From assembly GCA_977020255.1 (NCBI GenBank), contig CDROCS010000122.1, positions 1 to 64,000 on the forward strand: a stretch of 64,000 bases of DNA, given 5' to 3'. The translations under genes were made by a program, and so were the position numbers. The notes under the pieces were generated by a model. The model did no database searches and had not been told where the DNA came from. It was given only the letters and a program-made list of their open reading frames with translations. The DNA is from Obrimoposthia wandeli (taxonomy: Eukaryota). Of this stretch, positions 20,142 through 30,223 are shown piece by piece (the stretch's first letter is position 1; every line of letters begins with the position of its first letter).

Positions 20142-22411
20142 AATAATGCCAATTCTTTTTGCTGTTTTTGTCCTTGGTATTTAAACACCACAAACAATCC
20201 AACATTAATCAATACAAAGAAAGCAATCCATCCCATACTGCTTACTGGATGGTCAGAAAAATGCGCCACTTGATAGAAAATAGTTGCAAATGTGTACGCT
20301 AACAGCATTGTCCAGCTTGCAATAAATACAGAGAACTTCTGACCAAACTCACGAACATACGCCCCCATAGCAGCAGCACAAGGCGTGTATAACAAGATGA
20401 ATATTAAATAAGACATTGCCGCAGCAGAACTCACAAAGTGCGCTTGAATATTACCAAAGATAGACTGATCGACTTCTTGCTCTTCAGCAACCGTACTCAA
20501 ATCACCCAACTCGCCAACGGTAATACCGAGAGGATCTGAATAGCTAAGATCTGCTAAATTTGCAGGAATCGACGCTACCGCCTCTTGTAAGCTACCAAAA
20601 AGGTCATATTCTGCGTTTTCATCTGCCGAAGGAGCATACAAACTATTTAGCGTACCGACTACAGCCTCTTTAGCGAAAATACCCGTGATAATACCAACAG
20701 TCGCTGGCCAGTTATCTTCCTTTATACCAATAGGCGAAAGAACAGGCGTTACAATTTGCGCCGCTCTTGATAGTACTGAATTTTCACTATTCTCATTACC
20801 AAATGTACCGTCAGTACCCAATGAGTTAAAAAAGCTTAAACATGCAACAACAACAACAATCGTCTTACCGGCACCAAATACAAAACGCTTTAGCTTCTGC
20901 CATGTTTTAATGCCCACATTACGCATAGTTGGAAATTCATAATCTGGCATCTCCATAATGAAGCTATCGCTCTTGCCTGGGTATAGCGTGTAACGAAGAA
21001 CAACGCCCGTCATTACAGCAGCGAAAATACCCAGCACATAAAGACCGAAGACAACATTTTGACCATTATTAGGGAAAAAAGCAGCGGCAAATAAAGCATA
21101 AACGGGTAAACGTGCACCACATGACATGAATGGCGCCATTGCCGCTGCAAGTTTACGTTCACGCTCTTGCTCTAGAGTACGTGTTGCCATGATTGAAGGT
21201 ACGTTACAACCAAAACCTAATACCAATGGTACAAACGCTTTACCTGGTAAACCGACTTTTTGCATCACCTTATCTAATACAAAGGCAGCTCGCGCCATGT
21301 AGCCAGAGCTTTCAAGTACTGCAAGAAATAAGTATAAACATGCAATAACAGGAATGAAGGTCGCAACAGTTTGAACACCACCACCGACACCATCAGCAAT
21401 AACCGTCACTAACCAAACAGGTAAATGCCCATCTAATAAATAATGACCACCATCAACTAGGATCGCACCAACACTAATATCAAAGAAATCGATGAATGCA
21501 CTACCAATGTTGATAGAGAACATAAACATCAAATACATTACAACGAAGAAAAATGGGATACCAAATGCGCGGTGTAACAATACAGCATCAATTTTGTCGC
21601 TAATGCTTCGGCTTAATTTACCTTCTTGACGACGCACCTTTTGGCAAAGTTGGTGCAAATAGGTATAACGCACATCTGCAACTTGAATATCAGGATCAAC
21701 ATTGACTAACAATTTATTACGAGCATTACATGCTTGGCTCTTATCTGCTTCAGATAAGCCATTAATTACCAAGGTATCATTCTCTAATACACGAATCGCT
21801 TGAGAGCGTGCATTTAGTTGACCATTAGAAAATAACCCTTCAAGTTCAGTAATTGCAGACTCAAAATGCTGACCGTAATCTAAAACCATATCACCGACTG
21901 CTACGCCTTGTGCGAGCATTTTATGTAGGTTCGTTTTGAAGGCTTCTACTTGTTTTAAATTATTTGCAGATAAACATAAAACAGGGCATCCAAGCATTTT
22001 TTCTAATGCTTTAACATCCAGAATTTGACGCTGACGTTGTAGCACATCCATTTTATTAAGCACGACCACCATTGGGCGCCCTAATTCACGTAATTGCAGT
22101 GTCATGTACAAACTACGTTCAAGACATGATGCATCAACAACATTGATGATAACATCGGCAGGTGTCGTTAATATCGCACGTGAAGCAATGGCTTCATCTA
22201 AACTGTTCGCATCATTTGCACTGTCTAGGTTATAGATACCGGGTAAATCAGTTAAGGCAAAATTATCACCGGCACATTGGTAGTTACCCGTCTTCTTTTC
22301 AACAGTAACACCAGCCCAGTTACCTACTTGCTGTTTTGCACCAGTAAGGCCATTAAATAAAGTTGTTTTACCACTGTTTGGATTACCAACAGTTAAAATA
22401 TTGTATTTCAT
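20138..22411 (-). CDS. feoB: Ferrous iron transporter FeoB
   Basis: GNPNSGKTT, GNW.GVTVE, DLPG G-domain; GFGCNVP gate motif. Confidence 0.98.
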   Translation of the reverse strand: MKYNILTVGNPNSGKTTLFNGLTGAKQQVGNWAGVTVEKKTGNYQCAGDNFALTDLPGIYNLDSANDANSLDEAIASRAILTTPADVIINVVDASCLERSLYMTLQLRELGRPMVVVLNKMDVLQRQRQILDVKALEKMLGCPVLCLSANNLKQVEAFKTNLHKMLAQGVAVGDMVLDYGQHFESAITELEGLFSNGQLNARSQAIRVLENDTLVINGLSEADKSQACNARNKLLVNVDPDIQVADVRYTYLHQLCQKVRRQEGKLSRSISDKIDAVLLHRAFGIPFFFVVMYLMFMFSINIGSAFIDFFDISVGAILVDGGHYLLDGHLPVWLVTVIADGVGGGVQTVATFIPVIACLYLFLAVLESSGYMARAAFVLDKVMQKVGLPGKAFVPLVLGFGCNVPSIMATRTLEQERERKLAAAMAPFMSCGARLPVYALFAAAFFPNNGQNVVFGLYVLGIFAAVMTGVVLRYTLYPGKSDSFIMEMPDYEFPTMRNVGIKTWQKLKRFVFGAGKTIVVVVACLSFFNSLGTDGTFGNENSENSVLSRAAQIVTPVLSPIGIKEDNWPATVGIITGIFAKEAVVGTLNSLYAPSADENAEYDLFGSLQEAVASIPANLADLSYSDPLGITVGELGDLSTVAEEQEVDQSIFGNIQAHFVSSAAAMSYLIFILLYTPCAAAMGAYVREFGQKFSVFIASWTMLLAYTFATIFYQVAHFSDHPVSSMGWIAFFVLINVGLFVVFKYQGQKQQKELALL

Positions 22412-22638
22412 TAATGTGCCTCCACTTCAATATCTGCCGCAATTTGCTTACGTAAGGCAATATTAACACCACGAACTCGAACCTGAAGAGGGTCTCCCAG
22501 AGGTGCAAAACGCACAACTGTAATTTCAGTGTTAGGCAAAAGCCCCATTACCATCAACTTTTTACGGGTTGCAGTAGGAAGATCTGATAAATGGGTGACA
22601 ATGGCGCTTTCACCGCAAGACAACTCAGACAGTTTCAT
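22411..22638 (-). CDS. feoA: Ferrous iron transport protein FeoA
   Basis: LMVMGL.P....V...APLGDP SH3-like motif. Confidence 0.95.
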   Translation of the reverse strand: MKLSELSCGESAIVTHLSDLPTATRKKLMVMGLLPNTEITVVRFAPLGDPLQVRVRGVNIALRKQIAADIEVEAH

Positions 22639-22653
22639 AGTAAATGGCTACCT

Positions 22654-22674
22654 TAATAAGAATTATTAGTATTT
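22654..22674 (-). promoter_or_regulatory. Fur box upstream of feoA
   Basis: AAATACTAATAATTCTTATTA resembles AAATGATAATnATTATCATTT (15 of 20 specified positions). Confidence 0.65.
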
Positions 22675-22710
22675 TCACTTGGGATGTTACACATTCGATT
22701 TTGTTATATC

Positions 22711-22724
22711 TTGTTTAAAATCAA
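22711..22724. promoter_or_regulatory. FNR-like site upstream of feoA
   Basis: TTGTT-TAAA-ATCAA, one mismatch to TTGAT-N4-ATCAA; feo is FNR/Fur-regulated in E. coli. Confidence 0.5.
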
Positions 22725-22767
22725 TTTTTATCGCCTCACTAATGAACACATTGATTCCATAAATGAG

Positions 22768-22791
22768 AAAAGCGCACTTAGTGCGCTTTTT
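22768..22791 (-). terminator. Terminator of znuA-mepM
   Basis: AAAAGCGCAC-TTA-GTGCGCTTTTT. Confidence 0.8.
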
Positions 22792-22821
22792 CTAGTGAGA
22801 ATTAACTCTACCGATATAATT

Positions 22822-24171
22822 CTAACCAGGCATCACACTCAATAACCTTTGCTTCTCTTCACTCGCTTCTGTTTTAAATACTGAGCGTGCTTTTCCTGCT
22901 ATAGGCGCAGCTTGAGGTAAAGGTACTTTCATTGCATTCACCGGGCGATTATTTTTAATCAATTCAAAATGAAGGTGTGGACCCGTTGAGCGCCCAGTAT
23001 TGCCACTTAAAGCAATCCGTTCACCCATTTTTATTCTATCGCCAACTTTGACTAAGCGCTTACTTAAATGCAAATAGCGCGTCATATAATCACGGCCGTG
23101 CTTAACGACAATGTAATTGCCAGCCAGCGAGTGATATCTCGATTTCACTACAACACCGTCTCCTGCTGACAGTATTGGCGTACCAATAGGCACAGCAAAA
23201 TCGGTACCATTGTGTGGCGAGATCCGCCCTGTTACAGGGTGCTTACGATTAGGGTTAAACGACGAACTGATACGATAACGTTTCGCCGTTGGGTAACGTC
23301 GAAGCGCACGATTCAAACTTTGGCCATTCACATCATAAAACTGACCATCGGAGTGACGCATTATGAAAACTTCTCGATTACCACTTAAGTAAAAGAGAGC
23401 CTTAACATCCCCTCGCCCTACCGATTTACCATCAATGAATTCACGATCAACAGAGACTGCAAAACGATCGCCTTTTCGCGCTACACGCCCAAAGTCAAAT
23501 TTCCATTGCAATGCTTTTACAACAGTTTGGATTTGTGATGGTGACAAACCAGCAGCTTGTGCTGAATTGTAAAAGCTTCCTGAAACTCGCCCCGTTAAGA
23601 AGACGGATTGGATTACACCCGTTTTTTCAACGGCTTTATAAGTATAACCTTTAGGGCCTAACACAAAGGTATCGGTCGTTTTTTTATTACGCTGAATAGA
23701 AAGCTCTTTCACTTTCCCCTCTTTATTCAACGACCATTCAATACTTTGCCCTACATGTAGGTTTTGAATTGTTTTGTTTGCATCAATTAAACGATACATG
23801 TCGCTTATTGGTATCGCATATTGCGAGAATATAGACCCTAGGGTATCACCTGATGTGACGGTATGAGAGTGTGCTACATCTGTTACTTCATCAAGCTTCT
23901 GTTCTAATTCATCTTTAGGCGCTAAAAACTCAGGATCGGCTTGATCAATAACGGCACCTAAAGGCTCGCTATTATTTTCTGACAAAATTTCAATATCATC
24001 GTGAGCGAGTTGAATCTCAACTCGCTGAGTAGATTGAAACGTAGGTGTCGTATGTTTACCAGGTTGCCAAAGAAGGGCAAGAGCCACCAACAATGACGTG
24101 GAGGCCAACGCAATCCGATGCTGCCTAGGTAACTGTTTAGCTGAAGAAGTTGCAACCCTGTAAAATTTCAT
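22822..24171 (-). CDS. mepM: LysM/M23 peptidoglycan DD-endopeptidase (MepM/YebA-like)
   Basis: N-terminal TM segment, LysM (HTVTSGDTL), M23 HNGTD and HLH zinc ligands. Confidence 0.88.
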   Translation of the reverse strand: MKFYRVATSSAKQLPRQHRIALASTSLLVALALLWQPGKHTTPTFQSTQRVEIQLAHDDIEILSENNSEPLGAVIDQADPEFLAPKDELEQKLDEVTDVAHSHTVTSGDTLGSIFSQYAIPISDMYRLIDANKTIQNLHVGQSIEWSLNKEGKVKELSIQRNKKTTDTFVLGPKGYTYKAVEKTGVIQSVFLTGRVSGSFYNSAQAAGLSPSQIQTVVKALQWKFDFGRVARKGDRFAVSVDREFIDGKSVGRGDVKALFYLSGNREVFIMRHSDGQFYDVNGQSLNRALRRYPTAKRYRISSSFNPNRKHPVTGRISPHNGTDFAVPIGTPILSAGDGVVVKSRYHSLAGNYIVVKHGRDYMTRYLHLSKRLVKVGDRIKMGERIALSGNTGRSTGPHLHFELIKNNRPVNAMKVPLPQAAPIAGKARSVFKTEASEEKQRLLSVMPG

Positions 24172-24173
24172 TT

Positions 24174-25067
24174 TTATTTAAGACACTTGCTAAAACTTTC
24201 CCCCAACTCCTCTAGGAATTGGACATAACCTCCCTTGCCCTCAGCGATATTTGTTGCCATAGGGTCAAGAGTACCTATCTTCACTTCAGTGCCATTAATT
24301 ACACTGTTAATAACAGAAGGTGAAAACTGAGGCTCACTAAAGACGCAAGAAGCTTGTTGATCTTGTAATGTTCGACGAATTGAGATTAACGTCTTCGCAC
24401 CTGGTCTACGATCTGGCTCTACCGTAAAATGACCCAGATTATTTAATCCAAATTCTTCTTCGAAATAACCATAACCATCATGAAAAACAAAGTAGCCATT
24501 CTTAGCGATTGGCTTCAATTTATTCTCTAGTGCAGCAATTGCCTCTTCCACCTCTGCAGTGAATCGAGAAAGATTAGCTTCATATTCATTTTTATGCAAT
24601 GGATCATGCTTAACAAGCGCGTTCGTGATCACATTTGCAGTTTGAATTGCTTGCTTTGGCCCCAACCATAAATGTGGATCTATACCATCATGACTATGAT
24701 TATGGTCACCATGTTCGATAACCTTGTCATGATCATAATGGCGAAAATCGACTGAATGCGACTGTGTAATTGCTAAACTGTTCTCTTTCCCAGATAACAA
24801 TTTGCTGAGGAAACGTTCCAATTCAGGTCCCACCCATATAACCAAGTCGGCATCTTGAATTTTTTTTACATCTGAAGGGCGTAATGCATAATCATGTGGA
24901 GAGCTACCTGGGGGTAAAATGCTTTCACTGGTTGTTACACCTTCTACCAGTTCTTGCACAATCAAATTTAATGGCTTCACCGTGGTCACAACCGTAAAGT
25001 CTTTTGCTGATACTGTTGTTGAAAAAGCTAACGCAATGGCACTACACCACAAGGTAAAGCGACGCAT
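24174..25067 (-). CDS. znuA: Zinc ABC transporter periplasmic binding protein
   Basis: SPHDYAL.PSD, His-rich loop, DPHLWL, FHDGYGYFE; ATG at 25067 follows AGGA (the upstream extension in the ORF track spans the Zur box). Confidence 0.95.
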   Translation of the reverse strand: MRRFTLWCSAIALAFSTTVSAKDFTVVTTVKPLNLIVQELVEGVTTSESILPPGSSPHDYALRPSDVKKIQDADLVIWVGPELERFLSKLLSGKENSLAITQSHSVDFRHYDHDKVIEHGDHNHSHDGIDPHLWLGPKQAIQTANVITNALVKHDPLHKNEYEANLSRFTAEVEEAIAALENKLKPIAKNGYFVFHDGYGYFEEEFGLNNLGHFTVEPDRRPGAKTLISIRRTLQDQQASCVFSEPQFSPSVINSVINGTEVKIGTLDPMATNIAEGKGGYVQFLEELGESFSKCLK

Positions 25068-25107
25068 AAGAATTCCTATAAAAATTAAAGATGACGAGCA
25101 AGATGGT

Positions 25108-25130
25108 GTGATGTTATAATATAACACCTT
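25108..25130. promoter_or_regulatory. Zur box between divergent znuA and znuC
   Basis: GTGATGTTATAATATAACACCTT versus consensus GAAATGTTATAnTATAACATTTC. Confidence 0.88.
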
Positions 25131-25162
25131 ACTTTTGCAAACCTCTATAAGCATTCTTTTTT

Positions 25163-25939
25163 ATGACAACGTTAGTTGAATTACAATCGGTGACTGTCAC
25201 TTTTGGTGACCGGCATGTACTTGACCAAGTATCAATGAAACTTGAACGAGGGCAGATCACTACATTGATTGGTCCTAATGGTGCAGGTAAATCGACCTTG
25301 GTCAAAGTCATTACAGGACTACGTAAACCTTCTACAGGACACGTTGTTCGTCAAAAAGGAATTAGGATTGGTTACGTACCGCAGAAGTTACAACTCAACT
25401 CAACCTTACCATTAACGGTCGACCGCTTCATGCGTCTAGCTGGTCGCTATGACGAAAATGCAAGGAAGGAAGCGTTAACCTTAGTCGGTGGCACTCACTT
25501 ACATCATAGTGATATGCATTCGTTATCGGGTGGTGAAATGCAGCGGGTTTTATTGGCGCGTGCACTATTGCAAAAACCCGACGTATTAGTGCTAGATGAG
25601 CCTGTTCAAGGTGTGGATGTAAATGGTCAACTTGAACTCTACAATCTAATTCAAAGCCTTCGCGATATATTAAATTGTTCGATCTTAATGGTATCGCACG
25701 ATCTACATTTAGTAATGGCAAAAACAGATAACGTTATTTGTTTACACCATCATATTTGTTGCTCAGGTGAACCCGATACAATTACTAATCACCCTTCATA
25801 TGTTGCGCTATTTGGTCAACAGCAGAGTGAGCAACTCGCATTATATCACCATCATCATAATCATGAGCACGACTTAGCAGGTAGCCCTGTTGGTCCATGC
25901 CAACATAATAATAAACAACACGGACACAATAATGCTTGA
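25163..25939 (+). CDS. znuC: Zinc ABC transporter ATPase
   Basis: GPNGAGKST, LSGGE, CLHHHICCSG, His-rich tail. Confidence 0.96.
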   Translation: MTTLVELQSVTVTFGDRHVLDQVSMKLERGQITTLIGPNGAGKSTLVKVITGLRKPSTGHVVRQKGIRIGYVPQKLQLNSTLPLTVDRFMRLAGRYDENARKEALTLVGGTHLHHSDMHSLSGGEMQRVLLARALLQKPDVLVLDEPVQGVDVNGQLELYNLIQSLRDILNCSILMVSHDLHLVMAKTDNVICLHHHICCSGEPDTITNHPSYVALFGQQQSEQLALYHHHHNHEHDLAGSPVGPCQHNNKQHGHNNA

Positions 25940-26717
25940 GTTTCTTCTTCCTGCACTTGCTGCTGGTATTGGTATCGCAATTCTTGCGGGTCCACTCGGT
26001 TCTTTCGTTGTATGGCGAAAAATGGCTTACTTTGGTGATACATTATCTCACGCATCGTTACTGGGAATAGCCCTCGGCTTTCTATTTGATATAAACTTAA
26101 ACCTCGCGCTAATTATTTGCTGTATGGTGCTAGCCGTTATTTTGGTGAGCTTGCAAAAACAAAAATATGTCGCAACAGATACTTTACTCGGTATTTTGGC
26201 ACACAGTGCATTATCGTTAGGCTTAGTGGCTATTAGTTTTCTTGACCATGTTCGTATCGATTTAATGTCGTATCTTTTCGGCGATCTACTGGCAGTAACC
26301 ACTGCTGATTTGATGTGGATATACGGTGGGGGCATTCTAGTCCTTGGTGCGCTGATCGCACTTTGGCGCCCGCTACTATCAATGACCATCAATGAAGACA
26401 TGGCACAAGTTGAAGGCGTTAATGTAGACTTAATGCGACTGGCACTGATGTTAATGGTGGGTATGGTTATCGCCGTGGCAATGAAATTTGTTGGCGCATT
26501 AATTATTACCTCGTTACTCATTATTCCAGCAGCAACCGCCCGTCGATTTTCTCAGAGCCCAGAAATGATGGCGTGTATGGCCTCAGTTATTGGCATTATT
26601 GCGGTATTTATAGGTCTTGCAATGTCATGGCATTATGACACCCCTGCTGGCCCTTCTGTTGTTGTCGCAGCAGCTGCGATGTTCATGCTAAGCCAGTTGA
26701 GAAGAGCAGAAAGATAG
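25932..26717 (+). CDS. znuB: Zinc ABC transporter permease
   Basis: GPLGSFVVWRKMAYFGDTLSHA; ATG at 25932 overlaps the znuC stop. Confidence 0.96.
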   Translation: MLEFLLPALAAGIGIAILAGPLGSFVVWRKMAYFGDTLSHASLLGIALGFLFDINLNLALIICCMVLAVILVSLQKQKYVATDTLLGILAHSALSLGLVAISFLDHVRIDLMSYLFGDLLAVTTADLMWIYGGGILVLGALIALWRPLLSMTINEDMAQVEGVNVDLMRLALMLMVGMVIAVAMKFVGALIITSLLIIPAATARRFSQSPEMMACMASVIGIIAVFIGLAMSWHYDTPAGPSVVVAAAAMFMLSQLRRAER

Positions 26718-26744
26718 CGCGAGTATTACGAATACACTTCAAAT

Positions 26745-26781
26745 AAAAAAGCCTATCTAAATAATAGACAGGCTTTTTTTA
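26745..26781. terminator. Bidirectional terminator between znuB and sucD
   Basis: AAAAAAGCCT...AGGCTTTTTTT. Confidence 0.75.
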
Positions 26782-26808
26782 TTAGCAATATGCTAAAAGA
26801 GTGAATAA

Positions 26809-27681
26809 TTACCAACCAGTAACTTCACGCAGTGCTTTACCAATATCAGCTAGGCTTTTAACAGTTTTAACACCCGCCTCTTCAAGGGCTGCAAACTTAT
26901 CTTCAGCAGTGCCTTTACCACCAGAAATAATTGCACCAGCATGACCCATGCGCTTACCGGGAGGAGCCGTAACACCAGCGATGTAAGAAACAACTGGCTT
27001 AGTTACATGCGCTTTAATGTATTCAGCAGCTTCTTCTTCTGCCGTACCGCCGATTTCACCAATCATAACGATTGCTTCAGTTGCAGGATCTTTTTCAAAC
27101 AGCTCTAGAATGTCGATGAAGTTAGAGCCTGGAATTGGATCACCACCAATACCTACACAAGTAGATTGGCCGAAACCTTCGTCTGTTGTTTGCTTAACGG
27201 CTTCATACGTTAATGTACCTGAACGCGATACAATACCTACTTTACCAGGTAAGTGAATGTGCCCTGGCATAATACCAATTTTACATTCATCAGGTGTAAT
27301 AACACCTGGACAGTTAGGACCAATCATACGCACGCCAGCTTCATCTAGGCGCACTTTAACATCTAGCATATCCAGTGTAGGAATGCCTTCAGTAATAGTC
27401 ACGATCAATTCGATACCAGCATTAATTGCTTCTAGAATTGCATCTTTACAGAAAGGAGCCGGTACATAGATAACGGTTGCGGTTGCGCCAGTGACTTCAA
27501 CGGCTTCACGTACTGTATTAAACACAGGAAGACCAAGATGCGTTGTTCCGCCTTTACCAGGAGAAACACCACCCACCATTTGTGTACCGTATGCGATGGC
27601 TTGATCTGAGTGGAAAGTACCTTGACCGCCAGTGAAACCCTGACAAATTAGTTTGGTATCTTTATTAATTAAAACTGACAT
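26809..27681 (-). CDS. sucD: Succinyl-CoA synthetase alpha subunit
   Basis: QGFTG.QGTFH, GPNCPG, RMGHAGA phospho-His motif. Confidence 0.98.
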   Translation of the reverse strand: MSVLINKDTKLICQGFTGGQGTFHSDQAIAYGTQMVGGVSPGKGGTTHLGLPVFNTVREAVEVTGATATVIYVPAPFCKDAILEAINAGIELIVTITEGIPTLDMLDVKVRLDEAGVRMIGPNCPGVITPDECKIGIMPGHIHLPGKVGIVSRSGTLTYEAVKQTTDEGFGQSTCVGIGGDPIPGSNFIDILELFEKDPATEAIVMIGEIGGTAEEEAAEYIKAHVTKPVVSYIAGVTAPPGKRMGHAGAIISGGKGTAEDKFAALEEAGVKTVKSLADIGKALREVTGW

Positions 27682-28847
27682 TATTTACCCTCCGCCGCAG
27701 CAACTACTTTTTCCGCTGCTTCAGTTAACGACGTCGCAGCAATAATATTCAGACCACTTTCAGCAAGCTTAGCCGCACCTACTTCTGCATTGTTACCTTC
27801 AAGGCGAACAACAACAGGCACTTCCACACCGACTTCAGCGATTGCACCGATAATGCCTTCAGCAATAAGGTCACAACGTACGATACCGCCAAAAATATTG
27901 ACCAGTACAGCTTTAACGTTGCTATCTGACAGGATAATTTTGAATGCTTCAGTTACACGTTCTTTCGTTGCACCGCCACCAACATCCAGGAAGTTAGCTG
28001 GCTGACCACCGTGTAGATTTACGATGTCCATTGTGCCCATCGCAAGACCAGCGCCATTAACCATACAACCAATGTTACCGTCTAGTGCAACATAGTTTAG
28101 TTCCCACTGTGCTGCATGTGCTTCACGCTCATCTTCTTGAGACGGATCGTGCATTTCACGTAGTTTAGGCTGACGGTACATTGCATTTGAATCAATGTTA
28201 ATTTTTCCATCAAGACACAAAAGGTTACCTTCAGTGGTAACAACAAGTGGGTTGATTTCTAATAGCGCTAAGTCGTATTCAGCAAACATGTTGCCTAGGC
28301 CAATAAAAATCTTCGTGAACTGCTTAATTTGGTCGCCTTTAAGGCCAAGCTTAAATGCTAGCTCACGCCCTTGGTATGGCTGAGGGCCAACCAATGGGTC
28401 AATCGCAGCTTGGTGAATAAGTTCTGGCGTTTCTTCAGCGATTTTTTCAATATCCACACCGCCTTCAGTCGATGCCATGAACACGATACGACGTGTTGCG
28501 CGGTCTACAACCGCACCTAAATATAATTCATTTGCGATGTTAGACGCTTCTTCAACCAAGATTTTGGTTACTGGTTGACCTTTTGCATCTGTTTGGAAAG
28601 TGACTAGATTTTTACCTAGCCATTTTTGAGCAAATTCTTTAACACCTTCTTTTGTATCATGCAGTTCTACGCCGCCCGCTTTACCACGGCCACCCGCGTG
28701 TACCTGACACTTAACAACTTTCTTAGCTGTACTAATACGACCAGCCGCTTCAAATGCTTCTTGCGCTGTATCACATGCGAAACCTTCTGGAACTGGCAAA
28801 CCGTACTCAGCAAAAAGCTGTTTTGCTTGGTATTCATGCAAATTCAT
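27681..28847 (-). CDS. sucC: Succinyl-CoA synthetase beta subunit
   Basis: [27 protein letters not shown]. Confidence 0.98.
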   Translation of the reverse strand: MNLHEYQAKQLFAEYGLPVPEGFACDTAQEAFEAAGRISTAKKVVKCQVHAGGRGKAGGVELHDTKEGVKEFAQKWLGKNLVTFQTDAKGQPVTKILVEEASNIANELYLGAVVDRATRRIVFMASTEGGVDIEKIAEETPELIHQAAIDPLVGPQPYQGRELAFKLGLKGDQIKQFTKIFIGLGNMFAEYDLALLEINPLVVTTEGNLLCLDGKINIDSNAMYRQPKLREMHDPSQEDEREAHAAQWELNYVALDGNIGCMVNGAGLAMGTMDIVNLHGGQPANFLDVGGGATKERVTEAFKIILSDSNVKAVLVNIFGGIVRCDLIAEGIIGAIAEVGVEVPVVVRLEGNNAEVGAAKLAESGLNIIAATSLTEAAEKVVAAAEGK

Positions 28848-28984
28848 GATGTTCTATCCGTATTATATCCCTTAGGGGAGATGTTATATCCATATGAAAT
28901 ACTCTTGGGTATTTCTTCGTCATTCTATCTTAAAGCTTTTATGTAAGCCGGACGTTGAGCCTGCCCGGCTTAGCTTTTTAGATA

Positions 28985-30196
28985 TTAAACGTCTAGCAAT
29001 AGACGTGTTGGGTCTTCTAATAGATTTTTAATTGTTACCAGATAACCCACCGACTCACGACCATCAACTAAACGGTGATCATAAGACAACGCTAGGTACA
29101 TCATTGGTAGAATTTCAACTTTACCATCAATAGCCATTGGGCGATCAGCAATTTTATGCATACCCAATATTGCCGCTTGTGGTGGGTTAATAATCGGCGT
29201 AGACATCAGAGAACCGAAGACTCCACCGTTGGTAATTGTAAAGTTACCGCCAATCAATTCATCAACAGTAAGCTTACCGTCACGACCTTTGATTGCGAGT
29301 TCACGAATACCTTTCTCGATTTCAGCCAGGCTTAGTTTGTCACAGTCACGCAGAACGGGTGTTACTAAACCACGCGGTGTTGATACCGCAATACTGACAT
29401 CGAAGAAATTGTGATAAACAATCTCATCGCCATCAATTGATGCGTTCACTTCAGGGTAACGTTTTAGCGCTTCAACAACCGCTTTCACGTAGAAAGACAT
29501 GAAACCTAAACGAATACCATGACGCTCTTCAAAGATATCTTTGTATTGCTTACGAAGATCCATGATTGGTTTCATGTTGACTTCGTTGAACGTTGTTAGC
29601 ATAGCTGTACTATTTTTAGCTTCAAGCAAACGCTCCGCAACACGCTTACGTAAACGTGTCATAGGAACACGTTTCTCGCTACGCGCAGCAAGTGGCGCTT
29701 CTACTTTCGCTTCAGCAACGGGTGCTACAGCTGGAGCACTGGCATTTTTCAGGTAAGCTTCCACATCTTCACGAGTAATTCGACCGCCAACACCTGTGCC
29801 ATTAACAGCAGATGCTTCAATGCTATGTTCGCCAAGTAGACGACGTACAGCAGGGCTTAGCGCTTCATTCGTTTCTTCAGTCAACGATGCAGTATTACGC
29901 TTGTTCGGTGATGATTCAGCAGCAACTGGCACATCCTTTGTTGGCTCACCAGCAACCGCACCCGCTTTAATTTTACCAATTAACTGCTTAGATAAAACAG
30001 TGGTGCCATCAGCTTCAATAATTGCTTCTAAAATACCGTCTTGAGGTGCTGGAACTTCCAACACTACTTTGTCAGTTTCAATATCAACTAACACTTCATC
30101 GCGTTTAACAACATCGCCAGGCTGCTTGTGCCAAGTAGCAACTGTCGCATCAGCAACGGATTCAGGTAAATCAGGAACCAGAATTTCGATCGTCAT
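28985..30196 (-). CDS. sucB: 2-oxoglutarate dehydrogenase E2 (dihydrolipoyl succinyltransferase)
   Basis: ETDKV lipoyl Lys, GTG.GGRIT, DHR..DG. Confidence 0.98.
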   Translation of the reverse strand: MTIEILVPDLPESVADATVATWHKQPGDVVKRDEVLVDIETDKVVLEVPAPQDGILEAIIEADGTTVLSKQLIGKIKAGAVAGEPTKDVPVAAESSPNKRNTASLTEETNEALSPAVRRLLGEHSIEASAVNGTGVGGRITREDVEAYLKNASAPAVAPVAEAKVEAPLAARSEKRVPMTRLRKRVAERLLEAKNSTAMLTTFNEVNMKPIMDLRKQYKDIFEERHGIRLGFMSFYVKAVVEALKRYPEVNASIDGDEIVYHNFFDVSIAVSTPRGLVTPVLRDCDKLSLAEIEKGIRELAIKGRDGKLTVDELIGGNFTITNGGVFGSLMSTPIINPPQAAILGMHKIADRPMAIDGKVEILPMMYLALSYDHRLVDGRESVGYLVTIKNLLEDPTRLLLDV

Positions 30197-30223
30197 ATCG
30201 GTTTGTCCTTTTGTTTCCAGTTC

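Noticed and set aside
25188-25201. GTGACTGTCAC palindrome as a matS (MatP) site
   Set aside because: matS is GTGAC-N3-GTCAC. This has a 1-nt spacer and lies within znuC coding sequence.
25840-25939. His-rich C-terminal tail of ZnuC
   Set aside because: This is a known feature of ZnuC orthologues, including E. coli.
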